DNA from: Minisyncoccota bacterium
GTDB taxonomy: Bacteria; Patescibacteriota; Minisyncoccia; Phycocordibacterales; Phycocordibacteraceae
Direction: 5' to 3'
DNA: 36,489 nucleotides
NCBI GenBank assembly: GCA_035525885.1
Contig: DATLDL010000039.1
Location: forward strand, 1-36,489
The notes under the pieces: generated by a model
What the model was told of the DNA's origin: nothing
The model's input: the letters and a program-made list of their open reading frames with translations, nothing else
Database searches by the model: none
Shown here: in pieces, positions 1 to 9,073 of the stretch
Layout: the number at the start of each line of letters is the position of its first letter
Position numbering within the stretch: the first letter of the stretch is position 1
Position numbers and translations under genes: made by a program

Positions 1-1
1 T

Positions 2-163
2 CCGGAGCAAATCGCGCACGCAGTGAGGGATATTCTGGCTCGACCAGAAAAAGTGAAACACGTAACGGAAGAAGCGGAGCGTCTCGTGCGTCAAAAGTAC
101 GACTGGCGGACGGTAGCAACCGCTATGCGGCACCTATTCGACCAGGCGTTTCAAAACAGCTAG
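2..163 (+). CDS. glycosyltransferase (GT4-like), C-terminal fragment; 5' end lies outside the window
   Basis: The frame is open from the window edge to TAG at 161-163. Translation PEQIAHAVRDILARPEKVKHVTEEAERLVRQKYDWRTVATAMRHLFDQAFQNS looks like the C-terminal helix region of GT-B/GT4 enzymes. Confidence 0.55.
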   Translation, partial: PEQIAHAVRDILARPEKVKHVTEEAERLVRQKYDWRTVATAMRHLFDQAFQNS

Positions 164-166
164 AAT
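161..166 (+). promoter_or_regulatory. candidate -10 box TAGAAT, 6 nt upstream of ATG 173
   Basis: TAGAAT at 161-166, a 6-nt gap (gtctat), then ATG. There is no SD. It overlaps the stop codon of the upstream gene, so it may be an internal promoter or a coincidence. Confidence 0.3.
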
Positions 167-172
167 GTCTAT

Positions 173-1300
173 ATGAAGCTCGTGCTTGCCACACCCCTCT
201 ATCCGCCCGAAATTGGGGGTCCAGCTACGTATGCAAAAGTCCTTGAAGAAGGGCTTCCGAAGCGGGGGATCGAAGTTGAGTTGGTGAAGTTTTCAGATGT
301 CCGGCACTTGAGCAAGTTTTTCCGCCATCTCGTGTATACGTACCGCGTCTGGAGTAAGGCGCGCCATGCGGACATGGTGTTTGTGCAAGACACCGTAAGC
401 TGCGGCTTGCCGGCGCTTATTGCGGCACGCCTTGCGCGCGTGCCGCTCGTGGTGCGCGTTCCCGGCGACTACGCCTGGGAGCAGGGCAGACAACGATTTG
501 GCGTTACCGATACCATCGACTTATTTCAGGAGCAGCGATACGGCGTACGGGTGAGTCTGCTGCGTCTCGTGCAGCGTACGGTCGTGCGGCACGCGGATCG
601 CGTCGTGGTGCCAAGCCGATACTTCGCGTATCTGGTGTCAGGATGGGGTGTTGCACCCACCAAGCTCCATGTCATCTATAACGGCATCAAGCTGCCGCTC
701 CCAAACCCACAAGTACCGCAGCATGCGCCAGTGCCAAGCATCGTGTCTGCAGGACGTCTCGTCGAGTGGAAGGGTATCCAAGGTCTCATCGGGCTTCTAA
801 AACTTCTTCCCGAATGGCACTTGATCGTGGTGGGAGAAGGTCCGATGCGCTCCTCGCTTCAAAAGCAGGCGCAAGAGACGGGCGTCGCCGACCGCGTCCG
901 CTTCACCGGTTCACTGGCACCTGAGCTCCTCATCGGCTGGTATCAGGCGGCAACGGCATTCGTCCTCAACACGTCATTTGAAAGCTTCTCATTCCAGATT
1001 GCCGAGGCCATGGCGGCAGGCATTCCTATCATTGCGACGGAGATCGGCAGCATTCCTGAACTTATTGAGGATCGCAAGGAGGGTGTACTCGTTCGCCCTA
1101 ACGACTTGAAGGCACTCAAAGAGGCGGTTGAAAGCGTACGTGCACAACCTGAACTCTGGCAGCGGCGCGTCCTTGCCGCAAAAGAAAAAGCCGAGATGTT
1201 CTCCATTGATCGGACGCTCGACACCCTTGTTCCGGTGCTTCAAGAGCTCATCTCGCCCATGCCGAAAAAAGTAACGGTGGCCGCTCGTCCGCTCCCATGA
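173..1300 (+). CDS. glycosyltransferase family 4 (GT-B fold)
   Basis: 375-aa ORF. The N-terminus MKLVLATPLYPPEIGGPATYAKVL is typical of GT4. The E-x7-E region is ESFSFQIAEAMAAGIPIIATEIGSIPELIEDRKEGVLV. Confidence 0.85.
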   Translation: MKLVLATPLYPPEIGGPATYAKVLEEGLPKRGIEVELVKFSDVRHLSKFFRHLVYTYRVWSKARHADMVFVQDTVSCGLPALIAARLARVPLVVRVPGDYAWEQGRQRFGVTDTIDLFQEQRYGVRVSLLRLVQRTVVRHADRVVVPSRYFAYLVSGWGVAPTKLHVIYNGIKLPLPNPQVPQHAPVPSIVSAGRLVEWKGIQGLIGLLKLLPEWHLIVVGEGPMRSSLQKQAQETGVADRVRFTGSLAPELLIGWYQAATAFVLNTSFESFSFQIAEAMAAGIPIIATEIGSIPELIEDRKEGVLVRPNDLKALKEAVESVRAQPELWQRRVLAAKEKAEMFSIDRTLDTLVPVLQELISPMPKKVTVAARPLP

Positions 1301-2427
1301 GAGCGCTGTTCATTTCAAACGACCCTCTTTTGTTTGATGCAGCAAGTACGGTGCGTACTCGCATGCGCGCCTATGCGCGCGCGATTGGCGAGCTCCATAT
1401 TGTTTCACTAGCGCCACGAGGCAGTGGCGAAGCGCATGAAGAAGCGCTGCATCTCTATCCCGTTCATGGCTCGAGACTTTTTAGGACAGCCATACTCGCA
1501 GCGCGTGCGCGTGCACTCATTGAGAGCAAGCATATTGAGATTGTGTCGGCGCAGGATCCGTTTGAGCATGGGCGCGCAGCGCTCCGCGCAGTACAAGGCA
1601 CAGCAGCAAAGCTTCATGTGCAAGTGCACACGGATTTCCTTTCCCCTTGGTTCACGCGGGGAGGCAATTGGCGCGCGCCGCAGGTGCGCATGCCATTTTT
1701 AAATCGTTTTCGCCGGCGTATGGCGGACGGGGTGTTACCACAAGCGCACGGCATTCGCGTCGTATCAGAGCGCGTGAAGCAATCGTTGGTTGCGCGCTAC
1801 GGCAGTCGCATTCCTGAACCGTCGGTTATTCCCATCGCGGTTGATGCGACAGTACCCGAGCCAGTAGCATTGCCGCCTCGACCGTTCACGTTCACGCTCA
1901 TCACTGTTGCGCGACTCGAGCCGGAAAAACGTATTGAAGATATTTTGGCAGCGCTTACATTGGTAGCGCCGCACTATCCCGTTGCAGGCCTTGTCATCGT
2001 CGGCGAGGGGCGCGAACGAAGACAGCTCGAACGCCTGGCTCGATCTTTTGGAATCCGAGACAAGGTCGTATTCCTCGGTGCACGAAGCGATGCGTGGGGA
2101 CTTATGCGCAGTGCCCAGGCCTTCATACAAGCTAGCGCGTATGAAGGATATAGTCGTACTCTTATGGAAGCCGCGCTCGCGAAAATTCCCATTATCACGA
2201 CCGATGTAGGTATCGTCGGCGAAGTATTTACGGGGTATGAAGATGTGCTTGCGGCGCCTGTAGCAGATCCAACGGCGCTTTCGTACCACATCGTCGGTCT
2301 CATTGAAGACATGGAGGTCCGGCTCTCGCTTCCTATGCATGCTGAGGCGAAGGCACGCGCGCATCTGGCTACGCAGGGCGATGTGCCGGCGCGCATCGCG
2401 GCGGATTTGCAAAAAGCGATCGGATAA
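1297..2427 (+). CDS. glycosyltransferase family 4 (GT-B fold)
   Basis: 376-aa ORF with an ATGA overlap onto the upstream gene. The C-terminal sugar-nucleotide binding region is SAYEGYSRTLMEAALAKIPIITTDVGIVGEVF. Confidence 0.85.
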   Translation: MRALFISNDPLLFDAASTVRTRMRAYARAIGELHIVSLAPRGSGEAHEEALHLYPVHGSRLFRTAILAARARALIESKHIEIVSAQDPFEHGRAALRAVQGTAAKLHVQVHTDFLSPWFTRGGNWRAPQVRMPFLNRFRRRMADGVLPQAHGIRVVSERVKQSLVARYGSRIPEPSVIPIAVDATVPEPVALPPRPFTFTLITVARLEPEKRIEDILAALTLVAPHYPVAGLVIVGEGRERRQLERLARSFGIRDKVVFLGARSDAWGLMRSAQAFIQASAYEGYSRTLMEAALAKIPIITTDVGIVGEVFTGYEDVLAAPVADPTALSYHIVGLIEDMEVRLSLPMHAEAKARAHLATQGDVPARIAADLQKAIG

Positions 2428-2456
2428 CCCGAGCTGGGCTGAACCGGATAACTCGT

Positions 2457-3437
2457 ATGACGAAACGCATCGTTACGATCGGCGGCGGCACAGGGACCTT
2501 CGTGGTCCTTTCAGGACTCCGACGCATCGACGGCGTCTCGCTCACGGCCATCGTTTCGTCTGCAGATGATGGGGGATCGACGGGGCGACTCCGCGATGCG
2601 TACGGCATTCTCCCGCCAGGCGACGCGCGGCAGGCCCTCGTCGCGCTTGCAGAAGAAGACACTATTTTGCGCGAGCTGTTCGCATACCGTTTTTCAAAAG
2701 GCGACGTCGCTGGACATAATTTAGGTAATTTATTCATTACCGCTCTCTCGGGGCTTCTTGGTTCTGACACTGCGGCCATTCAAGAAGCATCACGCATTTT
2801 ACGCATCAAAGGCCAGGTGCTTTCTGCATCAGAACGTCCCGCCTCGCTTGTCGCCCATCTGGCTGATGGCACGCTCGTGATCGGCGAGCATTTCATTGAT
2901 AAGCGGGTACTGGATCGTCCGCGCATTACCAACCTTACCTGCGCCGAACCCGTACTTTTTGCAACCGCCGCACGCCGCGCTATCGGCGAAGCTGATCTGG
3001 TGGTGCTTGGTCCCGGCGATTTATACACATCAACGATTGCCGCGCTTCTGCCGAACGGCGCTCAAGCTGCACTGGCGAAGACTGAAGGGAAAATCGCCTA
3101 TGTCATGAATCTGTTCACCAAAGCGGGTCAAACAAGCGGATATGCCGCCTCGGACCATCTGCGTGAGGTGGAGCGATATATGGGCCGGCCAGTGGATATG
3201 ATCATATTGAACGCTGATGGGTTTACCACCGATGCGCTTGCGCAATATGAAAGCGAGGGGGAGTATCCGGTCGTAGACGATTTGGGCAGTGATCCACGCG
3301 TCGTGCGCGCCAACCTTGCATCGGTAGCGGTGGTGCCGCCGCTCCCTGAAGACCCAGTGCCGCGCTCCCTGATTCGCCATGACACGCTCGCACTCGCTCG
3401 CGCACTGGAGCGCTACCTCTTTTCGCTCCCCGACTGA
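2457..3437 (+). CDS. YvcK/CofD-family protein (UPF0052; gluconeogenesis factor / 2-phospho-L-lactate transferase-like)
   Basis: 326-aa ORF with the N-terminal signature IVTIGGGTGTFVVLSGLRR followed by SSADDGGSTGRLRD, which is characteristic of the YvcK/CofD family. Confidence 0.85.
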   Translation: MTKRIVTIGGGTGTFVVLSGLRRIDGVSLTAIVSSADDGGSTGRLRDAYGILPPGDARQALVALAEEDTILRELFAYRFSKGDVAGHNLGNLFITALSGLLGSDTAAIQEASRILRIKGQVLSASERPASLVAHLADGTLVIGEHFIDKRVLDRPRITNLTCAEPVLFATAARRAIGEADLVVLGPGDLYTSTIAALLPNGAQAALAKTEGKIAYVMNLFTKAGQTSGYAASDHLREVERYMGRPVDMIILNADGFTTDALAQYESEGEYPVVDDLGSDPRVVRANLASVAVVPPLPEDPVPRSLIRHDTLALARALERYLFSLPD

Positions 3438-3484
3438 CTCGTGTCCTCCCGTGCCGTCGGGTATACTGTGGCCATCACTCGTTC

Positions 3485-3925
3485 ATGATGTCCCGCGTCG
3501 CCACGCTGTATTACGCGATTGAAAAACGCTATCCGCGGCTTACCAAGATCGCGCGGTACTTAGTGTCCGGGGGCACTGCCGCCACCGTTGATCTCGTCTT
3601 GCTCTACGCGTTTACGGAGTGGGCCGACCTTTGGTACCTGCTTTCTTCCGTTCTCGCTTTCATCATTGCGTTTGGTGTGAGTTTCGTACTTCAAAAATTT
3701 TGGACGTTCCAGGATCATGACAAAGAGAATATGCATGTGCAGGCCGGCGTGTATCTGGCTGTCGCGGTTATGAACCTCACTCTCAATACCTTCCTCGTCT
3801 TTTTCTTCGTCCAGCATTTCGGATTCCATTATCTGTTCGCGCAGATCTTCACGAGCGCGCTCATTGCCGTTGAAAGCTTTTTTGTCTACCAGCGCTTCAT
3901 CTTTAGAACACCCACCACTGCATGA
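3485..3925 (+). CDS. GtrA-family membrane protein (putative polyprenyl-phosphate-sugar flippase component)
   Basis: 146 aa with about 4 hydrophobic helices. The motif YLVSGGTAATVDLVLLYAFTEW is typical of the GtrA-like family. A TATACT box lies at 3462-3467. Confidence 0.8.
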   Translation: MMSRVATLYYAIEKRYPRLTKIARYLVSGGTAATVDLVLLYAFTEWADLWYLLSSVLAFIIAFGVSFVLQKFWTFQDHDKENMHVQAGVYLAVAVMNLTLNTFLVFFFVQHFGFHYLFAQIFTSALIAVESFFVYQRFIFRTPTTA

Positions 3926-5607
3926 GGGTTCGACTTTTCCCGCTCCTCATACTGATCGGCATACTGTTCGTAGCGTTGCGATTGCCAGGACTGGATCTGC
4001 CGTATCACCAGGATGAGTGGAAAAATGTTGCGGCCGCAGCAGATCCTGCGTCAGGCGCGTACTGGGCACACCCGCCTCTTTTCCAGGTCCTTTTTCGTGC
4101 CGGGAGTGCGATCACCGGACCAGATGCTTTTCGACTCCTCCCGCTTCTCTTTTCGCTCGGGTGTTTTGCGTTGCTCTATCTCGTCGTGAAAGCGCGAGCA
4201 GGAACACGTGCCGCGCTTTTCTCGCTCCTTTTCTTTGCGCTCTGTTTTTATAACGTGCTCGGTTCTCTCATGCCTGACGTTGATGGCGCCATAATTCCTT
4301 TTTTCTTTCTATTGTCTGTCTATTACTACGACCGCTACATGCATGCGCCGGATCCTCGCAAGAACCGATTTCTTGCGCTCCTCCTCCTGTCGCTCATGCT
4401 CGGTTTCTTGGTGAAGCTTAATTTTGTACTTGTCATTGGAACGCTCCTGCTCGATTATCTCTGGAATCAGCGCCACTCACTCACACGCAAGCGACTGACT
4501 ATGTTTGTGGGTGGAGGAATTGCCTTTGGCGGTGCCTATGTCGCGCTCTTGTATGTCATTCAGGCCATCTATCCGTCTTTTACGATTGCTGCAATGATCG
4601 GGCACGCCGATCAGTTTGCTCCCGGGCAAGAGCGACAGTATCTGCAGATTGCAGTACAGAGCATCAAGGCCGTCTACTATCTCTCGCCGCTCCTCATTCT
4701 CCCGCTTCTCCTTGTATCGAAGCGCGTCGCGGCGCAGGTAACACCCTTTCTCATCTATCTCGTTTCAGGCCTTTTCTTTTATCTCGTGCTCTTTGATTTT
4801 TCTCGCGGCGCGCTCGACAAGTATTTAATGTTTCTCATCGTACCGCTCTGCGTCGTCGTCGGGACGTTATTCGCGGACGTGTTTGCGCAACGAGAAGTGC
4901 AGGAGGGTGGCGTGTGGAAGGGAATCCGCGGCGCAGTGGGTCTTGGAGGCGCACTTTCAATGGCATTAATTGCGTTGAATTTCATACCGCACGAGGTGGC
5001 AGCGCTCTATCCCAAAACGGAGTGGTTCGCGCGCATCGTGCACGGGCAGTGGAATGTACTGACGCCGCTTACCGGCGGCTCGGGCCCGCTCGGTTTCTAC
5101 GTGTCGTTCCTGTTCATTGCCGTCTCGTATGGTGGTGCAGCACTCATTCTTATTGCTGCGAACATACGACCCGAGTGGCAACGAAGCGCCCTCAGCATGT
5201 TGTTTGTGATCGCCATTGCCTATAACGGCATCTTTCTCGAAGAGCTTATGTGGGGACGCATCAACGGCAATGCGCGCGCGGTAGTGCGAGATACTGTGGC
5301 ATATGTTGCGCAGGATGCGTCTATCAAAAAAGTACTGACCTATAACGACAGCGGTGCCGGTCTGCTTGAGGGGGCAGGTAAGTACGGCGGGCGCTTTTAC
5401 GCCACGCCCTCTTTCGAAGAAGGGCATAAAGAGAAGTTTGCGGCCTTTGAAGGCGCGTATATGGTCGTCGACATTCCACATCTCTATGAAAATGGCTTTT
5501 ACGCACAGTTCTTTGCCAACTGCACCGTGCTCCATGAGACCGTATCTGGTCGAATAACAGGACGCGTGTATGATTGCAGGAACGCGAAAGCGCTTCTCAC
5601 GCAATGA
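3922..5607 (+). CDS. polytopic membrane glycosyltransferase, GT-C fold candidate (ArnT/PMT, GT39/GT83-like)
   Basis: 561 aa with more than 10 hydrophobic segments. An acidic DE pair follows the first TM segment (LPGLDLPYHQDEWKNV), as in ArnT/PMT enzymes. It has an ATGA overlap with the GtrA gene. Confidence 0.65.
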   Translation: MRVRLFPLLILIGILFVALRLPGLDLPYHQDEWKNVAAAADPASGAYWAHPPLFQVLFRAGSAITGPDAFRLLPLLFSLGCFALLYLVVKARAGTRAALFSLLFFALCFYNVLGSLMPDVDGAIIPFFFLLSVYYYDRYMHAPDPRKNRFLALLLLSLMLGFLVKLNFVLVIGTLLLDYLWNQRHSLTRKRLTMFVGGGIAFGGAYVALLYVIQAIYPSFTIAAMIGHADQFAPGQERQYLQIAVQSIKAVYYLSPLLILPLLLVSKRVAAQVTPFLIYLVSGLFFYLVLFDFSRGALDKYLMFLIVPLCVVVGTLFADVFAQREVQEGGVWKGIRGAVGLGGALSMALIALNFIPHEVAALYPKTEWFARIVHGQWNVLTPLTGGSGPLGFYVSFLFIAVSYGGAALILIAANIRPEWQRSALSMLFVIAIAYNGIFLEELMWGRINGNARAVVRDTVAYVAQDASIKKVLTYNDSGAGLLEGAGKYGGRFYATPSFEEGHKEKFAAFEGAYMVVDIPHLYENGFYAQFFANCTVLHETVSGRITGRVYDCRNAKALLTQ

Positions 5608-6872
5608 CTACCGCATCGCACCATCCGTTCTGGAAGCGCTACTACTATAGCTATCTCGAGTCGTTTCTCGGCTTTTTGGTTCCCGTCGGATCGCAGGTCT
5701 ATACCGTCGAGCCATCAACAACTGCACCGCACCGAGCTATGTTCCCGACCTCTCAGTATGAATATATCGTTGCTTCAGACGTACTTGGAAATACACCTGA
5801 TATTGTCGAATTTCTGCAGAGTGCACGTCGCGCACTTACTGACGACGGCAGAGTAGTACTCACGCAATACAGCGCGCTCTGGGAGCCCATCCTGCGTCTT
5901 GCCACCACGCTCGGTTGGCGTCGAGCCGTGGTCGAGCAGAACTGGCTCTCAATGTATGATCTCTATAATTTTTCGCATCTGGCGGGATTTGACGTGGTGA
6001 AGTCAGGCAAAAAGATGCTGATCCCGATTTACATTCCACTCATCTCAACATTTTTTAATACCGTCGTCGCAAATATCTGGCCATTTACCCACTTTTGCTT
6101 ATTCCATTACGCCGTGTTGCGTAAGGCACAGCGACCAGGGTTGATCAAAAATCCGTCGTTCTCCATCATTGTTCCGGCTCGTAATGAAGCGGGGACCATA
6201 GAAAAGATCGTTACGGAGTTATCCAACGTTGGCGCCTATACAGAAATCGTCTTTGTCGAAGGAAATTCAACTGATAACACCTATGCCGAAATAGAGCGAG
6301 TGGCTGCGAAGTACGGTACGAAGAGGAAAATTATCTACGCAAAACAGACAGGAAAAGGGAAGGGAGATGCAGTGCGAAAAGGATTCGACCTGGCCACGGG
6401 AGATATTCTCTCCATTTATGACGCTGATATGACCGTGCCGGCGGGAGAGATGCAAAAATTCTATGAAGCGCTTGTTGCCGATAAGGGAGATTTCATAAAC
6501 GGATCGCGTCTCGTATATCCGCTTGAAAAAGATTCCATGCGCGTCCTCAATTTCTTTGCGAATAAATTTTTTAGTCTCGCATTCAGTTGGATTTTGGGTC
6601 AACCGCTGAAAGATACTCTCTGCGGAACAAAAGTATTGTGGAAGAGAGACTACGTGCGCATACAGGCAGGCCGCTCTTTTTTTGGCGACTTTGATCCGTT
6701 CGGCGACTTCGATCTGCTCTTTGGCGCGGCAAAACTCAATCTGAAAATCATCGATCTGCCCATTCACTACCAGGAGCGGGTATATGGCGCCACCAACATT
6801 AGCCGGTGGAAGCACGGATGGCTTTTGTTGAAGATGACTCTATTTGCTGCACGCAAAATCAAATTTATTTAA
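5604..6872 (+). CDS. GT2 glycosyltransferase (Dpm1/GtrB-like) with an N-terminal degenerate class I methyltransferase-like domain
   Basis: GT2 motifs are FSIIVPARNEAGTIEKIV, VFVEGNSTDNTYAEI and SIYDADMTVP, with a C-terminal TM segment. The N-terminal ~190 aa keep post-motif-I methyltransferase features (YEYIVASDVLGN, ALTDDGRVVL) but have no GxGxG loop. I placed the start at ATG 5604 (ATGA overlap with the upstream stop) rather than at the track start 5574. Confidence 0.8.
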   Translation: MTTASHHPFWKRYYYSYLESFLGFLVPVGSQVYTVEPSTTAPHRAMFPTSQYEYIVASDVLGNTPDIVEFLQSARRALTDDGRVVLTQYSALWEPILRLATTLGWRRAVVEQNWLSMYDLYNFSHLAGFDVVKSGKKMLIPIYIPLISTFFNTVVANIWPFTHFCLFHYAVLRKAQRPGLIKNPSFSIIVPARNEAGTIEKIVTELSNVGAYTEIVFVEGNSTDNTYAEIERVAAKYGTKRKIIYAKQTGKGKGDAVRKGFDLATGDILSIYDADMTVPAGEMQKFYEALVADKGDFINGSRLVYPLEKDSMRVLNFFANKFFSLAFSWILGQPLKDTLCGTKVLWKRDYVRIQAGRSFFGDFDPFGDFDLLFGAAKLNLKIIDLPIHYQERVYGATNISRWKHGWLLLKMTLFAARKIKFI

Positions 6873-6878
6873 TCCACT

Positions 6879-7619
6879 ATGACCAACAACACTGAACGAA
6901 TTAGTCACGAGATTGAACACGGCAAAAAATTGCTTGCCGATGGTGCGGAAGATGTATGGAATTGGGCAAGTCCGGCAGGGAAGATGCGCGCCGATCGTCG
7001 CGTCGCGTATTTGGTCGAGAAAGGGCATATCACTGCTGCTGATAAAGTCCTTGAAATCGGGTGCGGCACCGGACTTTTCACGCGCAAAATGGCAGAGCGG
7101 ACTGGTGCAGATATTACCGGCGTCGACATCTCGCCTGATTTACTTGCGGTTGCCAGAAAGAACGCCACCGCTCCGCGAGTTCAGTTCGTGGAAGGAAACG
7201 CCATGCAACTACCGTTTCCAGATGGTGCATTCGATGTGGTGTATGGCAGTTCAGTACTCCATCATCTTGATTTCGACCAATCATTGGCAGAACTATTCAG
7301 AGTACTCAAACCTGGCGGCCGCATGGTCTTTGGAGAACCCAACATGCTCAATCCTCAGATTTTCGTTCAAAAGAATGTCCCCATCATCAAAAAGTGGGCC
7401 GGAGACTCTCCAGACGAAACCGCTATCGTTCGTTTTACGTTTGCGCGCCGTATGCAAAAAATCGGATTCTCACACATCCACATCATTCCGTACGACTTCT
7501 TGCACCCTGCCATTCCCGCAGCTCTCATTCCGTTTTTTGATACGGTAGGGAAGACCATTGAGCGCATCCCGCTCCTCAAAGAAATTGCCGGTTCAGTCAT
7601 TATTTACGGTGAAAAATAG
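6879..7619 (+). CDS. class I SAM-dependent methyltransferase (Methyltransf_11-like)
   Basis: SAM motif I is VLEIGCGTGLFTRKMA. The acidic motif II is ITGVDIS. The later motifs are AFDVVYGSSVLHHL and LKPGGRMVFGEPN. Confidence 0.9.
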   Translation: MTNNTERISHEIEHGKKLLADGAEDVWNWASPAGKMRADRRVAYLVEKGHITAADKVLEIGCGTGLFTRKMAERTGADITGVDISPDLLAVARKNATAPRVQFVEGNAMQLPFPDGAFDVVYGSSVLHHLDFDQSLAELFRVLKPGGRMVFGEPNMLNPQIFVQKNVPIIKKWAGDSPDETAIVRFTFARRMQKIGFSHIHIIPYDFLHPAIPAALIPFFDTVGKTIERIPLLKEIAGSVIIYGEK

Positions 7620-7649
7620 TGCTTACAAACTCGCGTTTTTCTGATTTCG

Positions 7650-7658
7650 TGGTATATT
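7650..7658 (+). promoter_or_regulatory. candidate extended -10 promoter (TGgTATATT) for the DUF218-like gene
   Basis: TGGTATATT at 7650-7658. The downstream SD AAAGGAG at 7691-7697 precedes GTG 7704. Confidence 0.35.
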
Positions 7659-7703
7659 CACTTTAGATATGAACACATGGCCTTGCCATGAAAGGAGTGT
7701 GTC

Positions 7704-8237
7704 GTGCGAGAGAAAATTATCCTGCCTTTAACTAAAAGTGCGTGGCCGGGCGGTCGAGTTGGGTCGCTATATCTGCAGGACTGGTATCAGGGACTCCTCA
7801 AAGCAGTCGAGCTTGTCCGAGAATCGGCGGGGCCTGCCTTCGTCCTCATTTTGAGTGCGGTGCAGACTCCTCCCGAACCATCGGAAGTTGATGTCTATCT
7901 CACAGCTCTGAACGAGCTTGGCGTCGACGTGAACGATTTCATGGTGATTCGTGAGGAGGTAGAAACCATCGGGCAGTTGGAGTATGCAAATCGACTTGCA
8001 CAAGCTCGTGGAGCACGTCTCATTGTTATCTCAACATGGACTCACTACCCCCGCGTTCGGTGGCTGTGCCGAGGAAGGCAGTTCGAACATCACTGTGTGT
8101 GGGGTATTCCGCGTCCGCGGGAAGCGGTCACCGATATCGTCCTCTGGCTCGTCTTCCCGATACTCGACTCAATTCCTGGTGGCCGTGACTGGTTTCTCCG
8201 CAAAGTGCACGTTCATCGTAAAAGTGGAAAGTTTTAA
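7704..8237 (+). CDS. DUF218 / YdcF-ElyC-SanA-like protein (tentative)
   Basis: 177-aa ORF with a GTG start 6 nt after the strong SD AAAGGAG. RLIVISTWTHYPRVRWL resembles the conserved (S/T)xxxHxxR stretch of DUF218 proteins. The family call rests on recollection, not a search. Confidence 0.5.
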   Translation: MREKIILPLTKSAWPGGRVGSLYLQDWYQGLLKAVELVRESAGPAFVLILSAVQTPPEPSEVDVYLTALNELGVDVNDFMVIREEVETIGQLEYANRLAQARGARLIVISTWTHYPRVRWLCRGRQFEHHCVWGIPRPREAVTDIVLWLVFPILDSIPGGRDWFLRKVHVHRKSGKF

Positions 8238-8254
8238 ACAACATGCTCATTGAA

Positions 8255-8284
8255 GATCGCGCAATGTTGGCGCGGTTTTTCTTT
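8255..8284 (+). terminator. candidate rho-independent terminator
   Basis: CGCGC (8258-8262) pairs with GCGCG (8270-8274) around a 7-nt loop. The stem can extend by A-T and G-U pairs. It is followed by TTTTTCTTT. Confidence 0.45.
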
Positions 8285-8303
8285 GCATATGATACAGAAA
8301 AAC

Positions 8304-8331
8304 TTGACGTAATTTTATAAAAAAGTATAAT
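8304..8331 (+). promoter_or_regulatory. sigma70-type promoter TTGACG-16 nt-TATAAT
   Basis: TTGACG at 8304-8309, a 16-nt AT-rich spacer, then TATAAT at 8326-8331. The -10 abuts ATG 8332, which argues that the ORF really starts downstream at GTG 8389. Confidence 0.55.
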
Positions 8332-8388
8332 ATGATTAGGCTCGCCCGTGCGACTAAATACCCATTTCCTCAACAGGGAGAATTGCAA

Positions 8389-9045
8389 GTGAAAAAGCTG
8401 ATCTGGATTGCTGCCTTTTCGATGGCCGCCTTTCTCGATTTTGCAATCGGAACGTTCATTGCTGCCGTTGTCGGCAAAGTAATGAATGTACCGGTGACCT
8501 GGTGGCACCTCGCTATTGCAGGTGTCGTGGCGCTTTCTCCCGACATGCTTCAGATCGTGAATTCAAAACTCACGAAGCAAGAAGCATTTGGCGGTTTGCA
8601 TCACGAGACCTGGGATCATTGGCCCATACCCCTCATGTTCGTGGGTGGACTCGTTGGCTCGGTGTGTGGCGGAGGGTATTGGGCCATCACGGTCTTCCTG
8701 TGCCTCTTCTTCCACTTCACGCATGACATGGAAATCGGAAACACGGGCGGCATTGCGTTCTTTGCGCCGTTCGAGCGCGATCGGTACTTTGCGTGGTGGC
8801 GCGGGTTTTACGACCCCGCTACTTCTGCAATGTTCCGGCCGGAGAACCAGCTCGACCCATGGATCCGTGAAAACTGGCTCTGTCCCAGCCGCATGTCGCT
8901 GATCGAGCTTTCCCTTGGGATGCTGGCACTCTCGATCGCAGCCCATTTGGTTTTGGGAACGGTCGTCGCAGAAGCGCTGCTTGCCGCAGTTGCTGCAGGG
9001 ACTATCGGAGTCTGGTTTCTGGCTGCGCGACTCAACATGACCTAA
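8389..9045 (+). CDS. integral membrane protein, possibly a YdjM/DUF457-type membrane-bound metal-dependent hydrolase
   Basis: The ORF is in frame with track ORF 8332-9045. I chose GTG 8389 because SD GGGAGA (8376-8381) lies 7 nt upstream and the promoter -10 abuts ATG 8332. It has several TM helices and His/Asp-rich motifs (HHETWDHWPIP, HFTHDMEIGNTGGIAFFAPF). The family assignment is tentative. Confidence 0.5.
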   Translation: MKKLIWIAAFSMAAFLDFAIGTFIAAVVGKVMNVPVTWWHLAIAGVVALSPDMLQIVNSKLTKQEAFGGLHHETWDHWPIPLMFVGGLVGSVCGGGYWAITVFLCLFFHFTHDMEIGNTGGIAFFAPFERDRYFAWWRGFYDPATSAMFRPENQLDPWIRENWLCPSRMSLIELSLGMLALSIAAHLVLGTVVAEALLAAVAAGTIGVWFLAARLNMT

Positions 9046-9073
9046 TCCGAAGCCTTGCAGGTAAAGGCAATAC

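Noticed and set aside
1765-2412. 215-aa minus-strand ORF, plus similar long antisense or alternate-frame ORFs. These are 4966-5604(-), 6267-6815(-), 8563-9111(-), 21031-21684(-), 25455-26189(-), 30787-31365(-), 12769-13227(-), 6913-7548(+), 9243-9911(+) and 15825-16337(+).
   Set aside because: Each lies inside a gene on the other strand or frame that has clear family motifs. Their compositions are rich in Arg, Cys and Ser and low in complexity. None has a start context or any coupling to neighbouring genes.
7669-7731. 20-codon upstream ORF (MNTWPCHERSVSCERKLSCL) overlapping the start of the DUF218-like gene
   Set aside because: It has no SD of its own and nothing else supports it. It overlaps the real SD and GTG start, so it is most likely fortuitous.
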